Assembly (NCBI RefSeq): GCF_004010195.1
Contig: NC_057758.1
Location: 7,633,114-7,670,008, forward strand
Direction: 5' to 3'
DNA length: 36,895 nucleotides
Origin: Chiloscyllium plagiosum
Taxonomy: Eukaryota
In this document: one piece after another, positions 1 to 10,155 of the stretch
How the letters are laid out: each line of letters opens with the position of its first letter
Position numbering within the stretch: the first letter of the stretch is position 1
Translations under genes and position numbers: made by a program
The notes under the pieces: generated by a model
The model's input: only the letters and a program-made list of their open reading frames with translations
Told to the model about the DNA's origin: nothing
Databases searched by the model: none

Positions 1-68
1 GGTCGGTGTGGACTTGTTGGGCCGAAGGGCCTGTTTCCACACTGTAAGTAATCAAACCTAATCTAATC
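1..68 (+). mobile_element. 3' end of HE1-type SINE (elasmobranch)
   Basis: GGTCGGTGTGGACTTGTTGGGCCGAAGGGCCTGTTTCCACACTGTAAGT plus a (CTAAT)n-like tail; same end as the complete SINE at 12899-13226. Confidence 0.9.
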
Positions 69-702
69 ATTTAACTAAAGTAGTTCAAGGTAATAGTTAA
101 GGCTGCTGATTACATGTTCACTGTGTCCCATCTTTCTACTCATCCAATAGTGCAGTGAGGCAGGAATTCCGAATTAGAATTCAATGGTTGATTCCCACCT
201 CGGCCAGGGATGGTAACTGACGTGTGTCAGGATATCCACAAACAGCTTGATGGAAGATTGGAACAAGTATGCCTCATTTCCCTGTTCACAATGGGTACAG
301 TCAGTTGTCTGGCAATTTGACATGTTGGAGATGGAGGCAATGGCCACCGTATCTGTGTGATGATTAACCATTGAATCGTCTATTCGGTCATGTAGTTCCA
401 ACTCTCATGCGCATGTGCCTCATATTGTGGCTGGGCAGTCCCTAGTGGAGGGTTGCAATAACATTGATTTTGATACTCAAGTCACTGATGGTCACAGAGC
501 GCTTCACTGCTCATAGACTTGAGTAACTGTGGGTTAGGATAGGAGGTGTGGATACATTTAAAAGTGAAAGGAGAGAACGCGGAATGCTGGAAAATCCCAA
601 GATGATCTGGCAGCGTCCCAAGTGCAAGACAAACATTAATAATTTTTCGAGTTTAAATCCTGAAGGAACTCTGATGGAAGTCAGATTGGCCTGAACATGC
701 AC

Positions 703-795
703 GTTTTTTTTTTATCTCTATCTATGTCTCTCCATAGATTATGCCACATCTGCTCAGTTTCTCCATTGGCGTTTGCTTCGATTTCAAAAATACGC
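703..795 (+). mobile_element. Degenerate PLE 3'-end fragment inside the VJ-like exon
   Basis: TCTCTCCATAGATTATGCCACATCTGCTCAGTTTCTCCA resembles the PLE end at ~10390-10450; also present in copy B (~26810-26895). Confidence 0.55.
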
Positions 796-1269
796 ACAAA
801 AAATATTCAGAATTTTGTCTGTTGAGATATGCAAAAAAAGGTGTAAAATGGAGGTGTTGGAGAACGAATGAGTACATTCTGAGTTCTCAACTGCTCCTGC
901 TGTTCCACAAGTGCTTGCCTGCGATAGTTGGGTTTATTGCATCACAGTGCGATATCCCTTCAGTTCATCACACCCTCTGTATCTCTGCAATCGGTCGCTG
1001 CCTGAAAACACTTTTTGGCATGTATGCTCCTCAGGATCGGTATTCCCTGAACATGATGAGAACTACCCTGAGCCACTGTGTTTTCAGCAGCCAAATTAAA
1101 TGCTATATTCTTCCCATCCTCATTCCTGCTGTAGTGCTTTGTCAGGTCTCTGTGCACTTGTCTCCAATATCTTCAGATTTATCATTGACAAGTCAATATT
1201 TTTACTCTATGTTATATATGAGCAATAGCAGAACGTTTTAGTTTTCAATTTCTTCCCATATGACCGGAA

Positions 1270-1520
1270 GAGGCAGGGGGGAAATTAGACCATAGAGTCG
1301 ATTGAGTCTTTCCCGACATTGAAACAGATCGTGGCTGATCTGATCATCCTTCACTCCACTTCCTTTTCTTGTCCCAAGACACTTACTCCCCTTATTAATT
1401 GAACACCCATTTTTATGAATGAGCCGCATAGTCCTCTGTGGTAATGAACACCATACTAACCTCTGACAGAAGATGTTCCTTAAGATCTCTCTTAAATGGT
1501 TGACTTCCTTACCCAAAAAG
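1270..1520 (-). mobile_element. CR1-type LINE 3' fragment
   Basis: Translation EILRNIFCQRLVWCSLPQ resembles the CR1 ORF2 C-terminus (cf. EIRGNFFSQSVLGLWNSLP at 19508..19747), followed by a GATCAGCCACGATC 3'UTR motif. Confidence 0.8.
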
Positions 1521-1730
1521 GACACATTCCAACGAAGTGTCACCTCAAAAGAAGTACTGGCGTTCGCCAATGATTGTACGATGTTAAGCCCCGATCCTTG
1601 ACTCCTCAGTTACCGAAGAGTCCATATTCACTGGAAGAAGATCGAGAGAGTACACAAGCTTGAGCTGACAGATGGCAAGTGACTACTGCCTTGCACTAGT
1701 GCCAGGAAATAAGCTCCTGCAATAAGAGTG

Positions 1731-1833
1731 AAAGTGAGGACTGCAGATGCTAGAGATCAGTGTCAAATAGTGTGCAGCTCAAAAACATAGCATGTCAGGT
1801 ACCAAAAGAAGAACAGAAATGTCGACGTTTCAG
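1731..1833 (-). mobile_element. PLE terminal fragment running into the gap
   Basis: AAAGTGAGGACTGCAGATGCT...GTCGACGTTTCAG; paralog of the right arm of the palindrome at 25684-25903. Confidence 0.8.
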
Positions 1834-2333
1834 NNNNNNNNNNNNNNNNNNNNNNNNNNNNNNNNNNNNNNNNNNNNNNNNNNNNNNNNNNNNNNNNNNN
1901 NNNNNNNNNNNNNNNNNNNNNNNNNNNNNNNNNNNNNNNNNNNNNNNNNNNNNNNNNNNNNNNNNNNNNNNNNNNNNNNNNNNNNNNNNNNNNNNNNNNN
2001 NNNNNNNNNNNNNNNNNNNNNNNNNNNNNNNNNNNNNNNNNNNNNNNNNNNNNNNNNNNNNNNNNNNNNNNNNNNNNNNNNNNNNNNNNNNNNNNNNNNN
2101 NNNNNNNNNNNNNNNNNNNNNNNNNNNNNNNNNNNNNNNNNNNNNNNNNNNNNNNNNNNNNNNNNNNNNNNNNNNNNNNNNNNNNNNNNNNNNNNNNNNN
2201 NNNNNNNNNNNNNNNNNNNNNNNNNNNNNNNNNNNNNNNNNNNNNNNNNNNNNNNNNNNNNNNNNNNNNNNNNNNNNNNNNNNNNNNNNNNNNNNNNNNN
2301 NNNNNNNNNNNNNNNNNNNNNNNNNNNNNNNNN
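1834..2333. other. Assembly gap (500 N)
   Basis: Run of N; the round size suggests a scaffolding placeholder. Confidence 0.99.
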
Positions 2334-3058
2334 TAACCTGCCTAACAAAAATCTGTGTACAGTCATGATGCGGAATTCTTCATTTGCAGGTTGTTGAGAT
2401 TGTAGCTGACAGTGTTTAACCCTATATTCCACCTCTGTGCAGCGAGAAAAAGTCTGTGTGCAATCTTACACAGATTAATCTCAGAAAGGGGTGAAAAATG
2501 GAATGGAACCCTTATAGACCAGACAGACAAGTCTCTTTCCATCAGTGAACGAAAAAGAAACCCGTTAGAGGAAATTGTAGTGCATTCGCAGAAAATTGCC
2601 AGGACAGTTGTAAGCATCCCTTATTTCACACGAACATCAGTACAGAAAGTAAGAGACATGCAAAAACATCATGAGTTCAAGACTTTCAATTCCTTTTTCA
2701 ATGATTTTGGATCGTTATTTAAGGCTCCGATAGAAAGCTCCCATAGAAAATATTTTTTTCCAAAAGAAAACGATTGTATTTGTTCTGAAAACATGCACAA
2801 AACTTTTATTGACTTCTTTCAATTTAAACTTCGACTTTGAAATGACAATGTTGTTTATCCGTGTGCCATTTATTTCACTTTCAACGTGTTATCAAAAGGA
2901 AAATCCAAAAGGCGTTTTCGGGACGACAATGGAACTTTGAAGTGCCAGTTTGATAGAATTAAAAGATGCTCTGACTGTTTTTCTAAAACTGTAAATGTGA
3001 AAATGTGACATGGCGTCATCGAGTGATTTGGGCTGTGCCGCTTCTGAGATTAGTTGAG

Positions 3059-3168
3059 TTGACTCTTCCTCCTGAGGACTGCAGATGTTGGAGATCAGTG
3101 CTGAAAATGTGTTGCTGGAAAAGCGCAGCAGGTCAGGCAGCATTTTCAGCTCTTGACTCTTCCTCCTG
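3059..3168 (-). mobile_element. 78-bp PLE-end insertion with a perfect 16-bp target-site duplication
   Basis: TTGACTCTTCCTCCTG at 3059-3074 and 3153-3168; the insert matches ~16374-16443. Confidence 0.88.
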
Positions 3169-3666
3169 CCAACTCTAAATTTTCTCACATAATTTCTATG
3201 TGAGATTTATGGGCATGGGGATTATTAACCCACTGGGTTTATTCAAAGGGTTTTGGATTTTAAGTTGTTTATGAATTGGTTTCAAGAATGCACCAGGGGA
3301 GGTGGAAGTCTTGTAGTAGAAAAGTCTTGGAAATCAGAAGCATCCTCAACTGACCACAATCACTCGAATTCCCCACATAAGGGCATGCATTAAAACTACC
3401 GAGAGTGGATGGAATTGTTTCGACGAATTTGAATGGATAAATCTATTTGACAGGGGTTGCTAGTTAAAGCATGACAATGGTATTTAATGGATTGTTTCAA
3501 GGAAAACGAATTTAATTCTTTTCGATTTAAATTAAAATAGGAGCTATTATAACCAATGTAAGTAGTATGAATTTGGAGAGAAAAGTCTTGAAAATAATCA
3601 TTTGGCAAGTAATGAAACCTGCGAGCGAACAACACTGCAGGTCCTGCACATGAAAGAAACTTTAGT

Positions 3667-3750
3667 AAGTCGTTATCAGCTCGGCGAACAGAACCACAGC
3701 AACGAGCACCCGAGCTACAAATCTTCTCACAAACTTTGAAGTCGTTATCA
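3667..3750 (+). mobile_element. 60-bp 5'-truncated retroelement 3' end (probably another PLE family) with a 12-bp TSD
   Basis: AAGTCGTTATCA at 3667-3678 and 3739-3750 flanking GCTCGGCGAACAGAACCAC...CAAACTTTG. Confidence 0.75.
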
Positions 3751-4530
3751 ATTGTGAATGCAATAATTATGGAAAAAAGGAAGCTGAATTTAATCTTGCA
3801 AGTTACTGAGAAGAAAGTTGATTATGCGTTTTCGCAACAAAGACCAAACATGCGATATTTGGCAATACTTGAAACCACAAAGCCTCTTTGAAAAATACTG
3901 GACTAAAAATGCTTATTTTACTGATTGGTCAGGAAAGTAAGGTTTTGCCAGAGTTCCTGAATAGTTTGCCAAGGTAATTAATGGGGTCACGTTAACATTA
4001 AAAGGATAGGAAATGGGAACACGTGATACAGTGTCAAAAGAAATGGCAATGACTTGCCTTCAAAGAAGTCAAGTGGAATATATCACTTAAATCAAAGTGT
4101 GGACAGAATTAAATATATGAACAACAAAGAGAGAGATTGCTGGAAAGGCTCAGCAGGGCTGGCAGCAACTATGGAGAGAAATCAGTGAAAACATTTCCTG
4201 TGTTCTGAGAAGTAGTATCTTCAAACAAAACCATTAAAGGTTAATCCTTAACGGCTAATTGAACATGACGTTGTGGTTTCAAGCATTGCCAAATGCCGCA
4301 TGTTTCGTCTTTGTTACAAAAAATTATATGCAACTTTCTTCTAAGTAACTTGCTAAATTATAATTCAGCTTCCTTTTTTCCATAATTATTCAATTCACAA
4401 TTGAGAACGACTGACGGGTCCGGCAGCATCTATGGAGAGAAATCAGTGGAAACATTTCCTGTGTTCTGAGAAGTGATGTATTCAAACAAAACCATTAACG
4501 GTGAATCATTAATGGGGAATTGAACATGAC
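3740..4530. repeat. Local complex repeat: inverted copy of 3740-3880 at 4271-4412, between direct repeats 4161-4269 and 4422-4530
   Basis: Direct by-eye alignment, e.g. ATAATTATGGAAAAAAGGAAGCTGAATT and its reverse complement; GGAGAGAAATCAGTG.AAACATTTCCTGTGTTCTGAGAAGT occurs twice. Confidence 0.9.
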
Positions 4531-4950
4531 AATAAGACATTGAAATAAAGTGGGAAAGTACTGGAAAACTGACCTAATTCGAAAACTGATTGTTTTGACT
4601 GAAAAAGGAAGGTGTTACGAACGTTGGTGGGAATTGTCTTGAAGATCTATTACACGGCCCCACCGTTATGTATGGTTTCAAATGAATGAAATTCTTTTAA
4701 ACAAACTGAATGCATTTCAGAATGATGATGCAACATGCAATCATAGATTCGGAAAAGAATTTTCTGGGACTTTGCCCTGTTCAGCGGACTTCAGCTTGAA
4801 CTAGCATTGTGAGTTGTGCCGGGACCCACGAGTTCTCGAGATTAGCATTCCTAAAGTGCGGTCCCCGTCCAGCAGGAGGCTGTGTGACTTGTTGTTGAAC
4901 AATGTCAAGAAGATTTTCAGTACACATCAGGTTGCATGTGTTTCAATATA

Positions 4951-5022
4951 TCTAAATCAGATGAATGGTTCTTCTGTATTTACTGCTCTAAATCAGATGA
5001 ATGGTTCTTCTGTATTTACTGC
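4951..5022. repeat. Perfect 36-bp tandem duplication
   Basis: TCTAAATCAGATGAATGGTTCTTCTGTATTTACTGC x2. Confidence 0.97.
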
Positions 5023-5169
5023 TTAGTATACATTTAGTTCTTAATGGACAGGTGTATCTGTGTGTGTATAATATCAAATAAATTATTTTGCCACAATTAA
5101 TCTACTGCTGCTTAAAATTTATATAATATTGCCATCAATACAACTGTATTTTCACTTAACACGGAGACT

Positions 5170-5345
5170 ACTTGCTACATCCCACCAAAACCGTAACGAA
5201 CCACAGCATTTCCCAACTACTCTTGTTCCCGCTCCTGCCAAACTACTTCGATCCCTCACCAGTGTCACCAGCAAACCTCCCGGCCAGGATATTGGTGCCG
5301 TTCCAGTTTAAGTGGAACCCGTCTTTCTTGAAGACGTCCTGTACA
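5170..5345 (-). mobile_element. CR1 ORF1 (SGNH esterase-like) C-terminal fragment
   Basis: Minus strand reads DVFKKDGFHLNWNGTNILAGRFA, matching the DGLHLN motif also seen near 32430. Confidence 0.75.
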
Positions 5346-5779
5346 CAGCCTTCACTGCTCTAAAGAAATCAAACCGAGCCTTCACAGCCTCTATTCGCAT
5401 CAACAAGGCAAGATTATCATATTTTCATTTCGTATTCAAGGCAAGACAAAACACGACTACACTTCTATTTTGCATTTTCCGTCCACTTTTGTTTTAAAGT
5501 GAATAAGGCAAAATAAAGATTTTCACAAGGGAAGCCTTAAACAAAATGGCGCAAGCTTCTGTACACTGAAGACAGTGCATAAGATAGAAAGATAAGTGAT
5601 AACCGGACAGACAATCCTCTATGTTTTTGTGAAGAATTGTCGATTGTAAAGAAATTGAAAATGCCCAGGAACAGATCTAATCCATTTTGAAAAACTAAAT
5701 TTCAAAGAAATTAGATTGCTTACAAATTAGGAACACATATATTACACACCAATAAGGGCAACTGACATAGCTTAAAACA

Positions 5780-5985
5780 GTCATAGAACATACAACAGTA
5801 GAGCACAATTCAGGCCCTTCAGCCCACGGTGTTGTCCCGATCTTTCGTCAGACACAAAGATCGATTTAACCTACATACACTTCATTTTACTGTCTTCCAT
5901 GTGCCTATGAAAGAGTAGCTTAAATGTTGCTATTGTAACGGACTGTACCACCATTGCAGGCATCCACCACACTCTCCGTCAAGAG
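5780..5985 (-). mobile_element. CR1/HER1-type LINE 3' end
   Basis: Starts CATAGAACATACAACAGTA...AGGCCCTTCAGCCCAC, the reverse complement of a typical shark LINE tail. Confidence 0.7.
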
Positions 5986-6819
5986 TCATGAATTTCACAT
6001 ATTGGCAGGTTTTCTGAAAATAATCCTTCTGAGTTACATATCTTTTCATTTCTCAACATGAAAGATTAACACGATCCAGTGTCTATTAATACTGAACCTG
6101 CATTATCTGCAGTTCATGACTTTTATTATTCAACTTTACATTCGCATATATGTTGTTTTCAAAAATCTGGCATTTCCTCCTTAACCATTGTAGCCTACGT
6201 TATTCAGTGAAAGGATTGGAGGTCTTTTAAACTTCAATTTCCATTTTATCTGGTGGTAAACTATCTTTAATATCTTAACAAAGATCTACTGTTCCCTTAC
6301 TATGTTCTCTTCTCCCCAATTTCTATCCCGCACTAATTGATATTTTTAGTTTGAGGACAAATGTTGATTTTTTTCACCAGCTCATAATCATCTGCCATTT
6401 CATTTGCTACTCTTGGCGTTTTATTTATCTGCTGTTCCCCTTGAGTTGCCATTATCTCAGAAGTTATTGATTTGAATTACTCCAAAGTAAGTGCCTCTCT
6501 AAGAGCGTCATATGTTTGATCTATGATAACTGTCCTTATCCACATTGCAAAATTGCTTTATTTGAGGAGAGTCAAGTACATCACTCCCTCAGCGCTGACA
6601 CTCCGACTGTGCAGTGCTCTGCTATTACTCATTCTCTGACAGTGCGGGTCTCCATCAAAACTGACCTTCCAACAGCACTGCATACCACCCAACCCCAAAC
6701 TCCTTAGAATGCGACGCTTTCTCAGCAAATGTTTCAGAACTTCCAACTGTGAAAACACTCTGCCAGTACTACTCCTGATGAGATCCTATCCGGAAAGCCA
6801 CGAGTGGTTTTTAAACCTC

Positions 6820-7335
6820 CTGATCTGGGGAAGGATGTTCTGGTTATTTAGACAATGCCACGAAGTTTTACCAGAATGATTTATCGCATGGCAGGACTGA
6901 CGTATAAGAGCTATTGGAGTGGTTAGGACTCGATTCACAGGTGTTCATACCAATGATCCAGACGTTTCTTACAAACTTCTATGGGGACACAACACAGGGC
7001 AGGAAATGCATTATGAATGTAAGAGAGTCCAAAACCATGAGGTAGAAGTCTAAGGGTATGGGGGTAACTGTTTGGCACTGAGATAAGGAAAAATATTTTG
7101 AACGTGGTCAAGAATGTGGTCTGCCTTAGAATTCTCCATGAGAGAAAGCGTCAGAAGCCGATTCATCAAACTAATATCTTATAAAATAAAAGGATTTAGT
7201 TATCGTACTTTCTCCAGATTGAGATCGAAGGGTTAAGGTCAGACAATAGGAAACGGAGATTAAACTGAAATATTACCCATGATCTGATTGAAACTTGCAA
7301 CTTCTAGAAGGTTCGGTAGCCTCCTCCTGTTCAAA
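6820..7335 (+). mobile_element. Old CR1-type LINE 3' fragment
   Basis: GGAAGGATGTTCTGG...TTTACCAGAATGATT...GAGTCCAAAACC... parallels 19340-19790. Confidence 0.6.
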
Positions 7336-7586
7336 GTTTTGATGACTTTACATTTCTGGAAGATGTCAGGAGAGGTGATAGATGATTGGCTTTCTACGAA
7401 CGTGACGGTAACCAACCAGTTAAGAGCCTTGACCAGAATTCCACTGACGTGCAATGACTGACGTTACAATGAGGGACACGCTGATCTTCCATTACTGTGT
7501 TCCCTCCCAGCTCACCTCACCTCTCCAGTTGAATTTTCTTCAACTTCAGAACGAGTTTTGCAAGCACACGTGAATCCGAAAGCTCC

Positions 7587-9425
7587 ATGCTGGACATCAC
7601 CCTGATCATCCATCACTTGTGCCTGCATGTGATTAATGACTTGGCCAAAGACACTCGCCATCTGTTTGTTGGGAAGTGTGTTGAGCCGAGTGAGAGAAAG
7701 GAACTGATCGAAGAAGGTTGTTTCTGTTTGCTTTATTCTTAACAGTTCCCATAGAATGCATTCCCCAGATTAAGTCTGCCAATGTTGATGTATACGGCAC
7801 AAGGAAATTTCTGAGCCCGTACTTGCGCGAGTTTCGAGTATTAGATGGGGGATACTGTGACAGCGATTGCCAATTGTCAATGTCTTCAGCGGTTTGTTGA
7901 TCTCATGTGATGTGAAGACATTTGACTATAACTATCCACTGAACACTTTGCATTGTGCTTTATCCTGGGCTCCAGCGCTGATGTACTAACATGGGATATT
8001 GTCCGTGACGGGGATGTGTGGGGAACCGTCACAAACATTAGTGGTTCATCTGCGAGCATCACAAATCGCTTCGATGTAATGGACTGCAAATACTTATTGG
8101 ATAGTTTTGCCTGTGTGATTGCTTGGTGACCTCACTGGTTATTTGCACTGCATTACATATTTAGCAGCAAAATCGCATGTCTTTCACGAATACCAGGTGC
8201 ATTGTTGTAAATGTTGGGTCAGAAGTGATTTTACTTTTGTTTAAAAGTCAGAGAATGCAAATTGAAACTGCTCCCCTAAGGTACTGGTAAATGGCAGCCT
8301 CTGGTGGAGTCTTGTTGTGCCAGTTGTGTTTTCCTGTTTTTTCTTAAAACGGGCCTAACTCCCAATGCGTCTTTTTATTGTGTCAGAGGGAGTTCTGAGT
8401 CACCTCCCAAACGAGCAGCACCCCACGGCTCACGAAAGATGACGAGGAGCGATTGGAATCTCAAAGATTGCTTTGGAAATCATTGAGGATCTCTCCACAA
8501 CACTCTTTTTTAAAATGTTGCAATATTGCAAAGGAGATTTTCCAATAAGCTGAAATACATTTATGAAAATCATAAATGGGTGAATTTAAAATTATGGATC
8601 GATTCGATGGGTCACGTGTTGCAAGAAATAATCGTAGTGACATGGGGAAGTGTGTCAATCAGTGACTGATGTTGAAAGGTGTCCTTCACTGCAATAAACC
8701 TCTTGTCATGTACAGTCATGTCTGGCTGGTGTTAGTGTTTTTGGAAGCATTTCTGTACAGCTATGAAATGTAATGATCACTGATAACTGTATTTCTGTCA
8801 TTGACATTCTCTAACACACACACTCTCTGCTCTTTCTGCCATGGTAATTATCATTCTGTAGATGTAAGCCCCACAAACCATGTTTCACTGTGCTGCTGCA
8901 TTTCTTCTTCAAAAGTTCAGAAACCAGTGTCCATTCTGTGCAGGGCCCAGCACTCAGCCTGTGTACTCTCCAATGATCCTGCTCAACTGGTGTGTGCCTG
9001 ATCAGGACTGTATACAATCTCATCATTCCCAATGATTCTGGACTGCACCCCGGTACAAGGCCATGACTGAACAAATCCAGCCTTTAATCTAATCCACGCA
9101 AGTGCCCATCTCCCGCTCGCCTCAGATGACTGCAGTGTGAAACTCCATCTTTAGTCTTTGACAAATGTCGGACCATTTCACTCCGAGCAACTGTGAAGAC
9201 ATCAGTTCCTGTCAACTGGGAGCTCATCCAAAAATCACTGTTGAACTAACACAACATTCTGCTGCACCATTGTGCCATGCTACATATGGATATACGTGAC
9301 TAATAGAATCAGGAATCCTATTGTTTTGTTCAGATTCATCCATGACCTCACCCTCTCATTGGAATCATGGGTCTGCGCTTTGCACGATGTGTTTTCAATT
9401 CCTCTGCAACTGTTGGTTTCCTCCC
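7587..9425 (+). pseudogene. Decayed IgSF receptor gene: leader 7587-7628, V(J)-like exon 7746-~8050, C1-set exon 8916-~9230, TM-like exon 9334-~9425
   Basis: Leader MLDITLIIHHLCLH. Polypyrimidine-AG acceptors end at 7745, 8915 and 9333. The V exon ends ..GLQR..TNMGYC..GDVWGTVT.TLVV. The C exon reads in one frame PVSIL...PAQLVCA*SGLY...LDCTPVQ...ASAHLPLASDDCS. The TM exon reads LSL-IMGLRFARCVFNSSAT. Confidence 0.55.
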
Positions 9426-9691
9426 ATCTCTCTCTCACCCTCTCTCTCTGTGTGTGTCAGTCTGCATAAAATACACTTTCATGTAATTTTTCACATTTAC
9501 ATTCCTTTGCATCTGGCTTTTGTGGTTTTTCGTTAAATGGCTGCTGCAAGATACTGACTCTGTTCACAAAATGGATTCTCTCATAATTTACTTGCTTCAG
9601 TGATGCTCAATTATTTGCTGATTTATACAGTCTAATTTTAAGACAGTAAAACTGACAGTGAAATTTGGATGTTGAAAAGATTGAAATATCT

Positions 9692-10155
9692 ACACTTTAA
9701 CTCCCCCTCCCACTCCGCCAAGGACATTCAGGTCCTTGGGCTCCTCCATCGCTTGACCCTGGCCACCCTACGCCTGGAGGAAGAGCGCCTCATCTTCCGC
9801 CTAGGAAACCTCCAGCCACACGGGATGAAGGTAGATTTCTCCAGCTTCCTTATTTCCCCTCACCCCACCTTATCTCAGTCCCAACTCCCGGATTCAGCAC
9901 CGCCCTCTTAACCTGCAATTTTCTTCCCGACCTCTCCGCCCCCACCCCCTCTCCGGACTATCAACGTCACCCTCACCTCCTTACACCTATCATATTCCCA
10001 GTGGCCCCACCCCAAATTCCCCCTACCTTTTTATCTCAGCCCACTTGGCGTATCAGCATCATTCCTGAAGAAGGGCTTATGCCTGAAATGTCGATTCTCC
10101 TGCTCCTTGGATGCTGATTGGCCTGCTGCGCTTTTCCAGCACCACACTTTTCAAC
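9692..10155 (+). mobile_element. 5'-truncated Penelope-like element (GIY-YIG endonuclease C-terminus plus 3' UTR)
   Basis: ORF 9669..9911 contains HFNSPSHSAKDIQVLGLLHR...RLEEERLIFRLGNLQPHGMKVDF, typical of the PLE endonuclease end, followed by a C-rich UTR and a hammerhead motif. Confidence 0.9.
10060..10098 (+). ncRNA. Minimal hammerhead ribozyme motif (PLE-associated)
   Basis: CTGAAGA (10065-10071), stem II GGGC-TTAT-GCCT, GAAA, then T-GTC cleavage triplet ending at 10092. Stem I is weak. Confidence 0.7.

Larger units (their letters stand above)
199..1673 (-). pseudogene. Decayed TCR-beta-like IgSF gene, copy A (possible leader 1673-1632, VJ-like exon ~1075-635, C1-set exon 526-199)
   Basis: The C exon is bounded by CCCACAG| and |GTGGG (328 bp). 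Composite translation: PSVT..IKINVIATLH*...MRM(S)W...HTD...RQLTVP...SVTIPGR. The upstream exon reads VQGIP..AATDC...VMN*(W)...LNRQNSEYF(C)A...SGFKLE. Many stops and frameshifts. Confidence 0.55.
68..1833. repeat. Segmental duplication block 1, inverted paralog of 25800-27534
   Basis: The reverse complement aligns by eye across its length. ORF pairs 174..401(-)/27201..27428(+) and 1238..1570(-)/26029..26382(+) are homologous but diverged. Confidence 0.95.

Noticed and set aside
943..980. Perfect CACAGTG heptamer
   Set aside because: No nonamer at 12 or 23 nt, and it is altered in the paralog.
1760..2432. Long ORFs spanning N runs (also 20523-21278 and 22084-22401)
   Set aside because: Artefacts of translating assembly gaps.
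2390..2610. Possible further exon (TTTGCAG| ... ADSV ... |GTAAGC) and ORF 2412..2840
   Set aside because: No convincing Cys/Trp framework or other motif; cannot be supported.
6580..6690. Degenerate ~31-33-bp repeats (CACTCCCTCAGCGCTGACACTCCGACTGTGC) that might suggest a CRISPR-like array
   Set aside because: No unique spacers and a vertebrate context; resembles a common shark SINE-related minisatellite remnant.
7519..7662. Minus-strand ATG frame MASVFGQVINHMQAQ...TGE followed by GTGAG
   Set aside because: No recognisable homology or downstream exon; it overlaps the better-supported plus-strand leader.
8304..8400. GLTPNASFYCVRG, resembling a V-domain end, with a nearby CTCF-like word
   Set aside because: Isolated short matches without the rest of a domain; compatible with chance.
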